Positions 62,301 through 64,000 of a stretch of DNA of 64,000 nt are shown here, one piece after another. Both the position numbers and the translations under genes were made by a program. Location: the NCBI GenBank assembly GCA_001599295.1, contig BCGN01000003.1:124001-188000 (forward strand). Direction: 5' to 3'. Numbering within the stretch: the first letter of the stretch is position 1; every line of letters begins with the position of its first letter. The notes under the pieces were generated by a model. That model worked only from the letters and a program-made list of their open reading frames with translations. It was not told the origin of the DNA and made no database searches. Origin of the DNA: Sporopachydermia quercuum (lineage: Eukaryota).

Positions 62301-64000
62301 ATGGGACTCGGAACGGCATTGAAGAAAGGCTCACGGTTTCATTCGGGATCCAAATCCAACCAGCAATCTCAANCTGGAGCTGGTCCAAATGACCCAGAAA
62401 CCGATGCCGGGAGAATAGGTACTGCAGGATCAGAGAATTCTCCCCCCAGTAGATTCAGAGCTATTACTTCTTTGTACGGTGACAGAGACAGTAATAATAG
62501 TACAAATAGCAATAACAGCAGTAAGAATAATAACAATAACAACAGTAATCATAAAGAACCCAACAATGATAATAACAATGAGAACAGCCACAGCAATAAT
62601 AATATCAACAATAATAATTCAAACCCAAATAGTTTTTCATCTAAACTTTCTGCACGATCGAAGCAAGCCAAGTCCATTCTGCAGGTTCATCGTTCAAGCA
62701 TTAATAATTACGGGCCAAGCAGTATAAGTGAAAACAGGGCAGGGCAGGGGTCAGGGTCAGGGTCGAATTCGGGTTCGAATTCAGGTTCGGCTTCGGGTTC
62801 AGGATCTGGGTCGTTTGCGCCCNGCGCAGGTCCTGATTCTTTTACAAAATATAAACAGAGTCGGGATAAATCGTATGATAGTAAAGAGAGACATTCAATC
62901 AGCACATCAAGCAGTACANTAGATGACAAGCAAATTAAACAGGTGATTGGATCCGGCGGAAAGGCACGTTTTTCTCAGCAGAAATCTCCTTCGACCGCTC
63001 CGAAGGTGTCCCAAGGATCCTCGTATATTCCGTTTATTCCTCGGGATGGAAGTCCCTTGGGGAAAGGCTCCAGTACAGGTTTTACGCCAGGTGATAATTC
63101 TGGTACCAGCACTCGATTAGAGTCTCCGTCAACTCCAACTCCTGTTGCTTCTGCAGCNTCTACAGGCACCAAAAGTCCTATTTATTCCCCCTCCGACTCT
63201 CCATGTGGCTCTCCCACTGTTTCTTCCTGCCCCACTTCCTCTCCAAGCTTCCCCTCTCCGCTGAAGCCGCTGTTCCCGCTGAAAATTACTCCACCCTCGG
63301 ATCTACCCATATATTCTCCTCATTCGGAAGCAATAGCTCTCATATTATCGTTTATAGTTCCCCAGTATCTTCTTTTCCGCATGGATAAGCTGAATAGCGG
63401 AAAACCTTTCGTTGTGGGGATTTCCGGAATTCAAGGAATAGGGAAAACAGCAATAGCGGATATAATAGCTAATATACTAAATGGCACGCAGGAGTCGGAC
63501 TCTAATTTACTTAGGGATTCCAGCACCGGGAAGAGAAATACTTACAAGACAATTAGAATATCAATAGACGATTTGACGATGCCGGAGACTGAATTCCAAA
63601 AATTATTGAAAGGGCATTCTCGGAATACTTTTCTGCATTATCCGGGACTTATCGGAACGCACAATGTGAAGCTGGGGATGGACATTATGGAGAGATTGCG
63701 GAGCAACTCGACCAGCTCTACTAGCTCAACAAGCTCGGGCATATCTAGTGCTTCGGATAGAAGCGGAAGCGAATCAGCCCCAATGGAAGGAATCGGTGCC
63801 CCGGATTTACCCGAATCGGTACTAGTAGACCCTTCCGGACCTTCCGGCTCGTCCGGATCCACCCGAAGGAAGTCGGTAGTCAAAATCCCGAAATTCGATA
63901 AAACAACCGGTAAACAACTGCCATTTGAGCAATGGGAAGAAATAGTACTCCAAAGAGGCTCGAGAATTGGAACCGGACTAAACAGTATTCCTGAACACGG
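62301..64000 (+). CDS. Tda10-like P-loop kinase (glycerate/uridine kinase fold) with a long disordered N-terminus; runs off the window
   Basis: Open frame from ATG 62301 to the window end; PFVVGISGIQGIGKT, ISIDD, GTHN, IPKFDK; absent from the track because no stop codon is in the window. Confidence 0.85.
   Translation, partial: MGLGTALKKGSRFHSGSKSNQQSQXGAGPNDPETDAGRIGTAGSENSPPSRFRAITSLYGDRDSNNSTNSNNSSKNNNNNNSNHKEPNNDNNNENSHSNNNINNNNSNPNSFSSKLSARSKQAKSILQVHRSSINNYGPSSISENRAGQGSGSGSNSGSNSGSASGSGSGSFAPXAGPDSFTKYKQSRDKSYDSKERHSISTSSSTXDDKQIKQVIGSGGKARFSQQKSPSTAPKVSQGSSYIPFIPRDGSPLGKGSSTGFTPGDNSGTSTRLESPSTPTPVASAXSTGTKSPIYSPSDSPCGSPTVSSCPTSSPSFPSPLKPLFPLKITPPSDLPIYSPHSEAIALILSFIVPQYLLFRMDKLNSGKPFVVGISGIQGIGKTAIADIIANILNGTQESDSNLLRDSSTGKRNTYKTIRISIDDLTMPETEFQKLLKGHSRNTFLHYPGLIGTHNVKLGMDIMERLRSNSTSSTSSTSSGISSASDRSGSESAPMEGIGAPDLPESVLVDPSGPSGSSGSTRRKSVVKIPKFDKTTGKQLPFEQWEEIVLQRGSRIGTGLNSIPEH

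Overview
Eukaryotic, AT-rich DNA from a budding yeast (Saccharomycotina). The intron-rich gene structures and protein sequences suggest an early-diverging, Dipodascaceae-like lineage (inference). CTG appears to encode Leu, judging by conserved UGP1 positions. Scattered single N bases probably mark heterozygous sites. Recognisable genes: RPL15, ADE16/17, RPL22, TPN1-like transporter, RIB4, NOP8, BUD32, MES1, two RCI37/DUF1689-like genes, a secreted SurE-family phosphatase, UGP1 and a 3'-truncated TDA10-like kinase. The ORF track misses or mis-starts several genes, which I rebuilt from GT(A/T)YGT/GTAAGT...CTAAC...YAG splice signals: a 3-exon V-ATPase V0 subunit f gene, RPL22, a 3-exon CBM48 protein, a 2-exon 133-aa conserved hypothetical protein, UGP1 exon 1, and an RPL15 whose ATG is split by an intron. 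A compact snR30/U17 snoRNA lies downstream of RPL22. The most interesting signals are a candidate Sororin-like cohesin regulator (FGF + KEN + C-terminal motif), a long hairpin in the RPL22 intron resembling the Rpl22 autoregulatory element, decayed gene fragments in non-coding DNA (eIF3a, HMG box, SF2 helicase), a TDA10-like protein with a large disordered N-terminus and altered motifs, and a spliced non-coding leader with a 10-nt microexon. No tRNA, rRNA, CRISPR array or intact transposon was recognised. All homology calls come from recall of family motifs, not from database searches.
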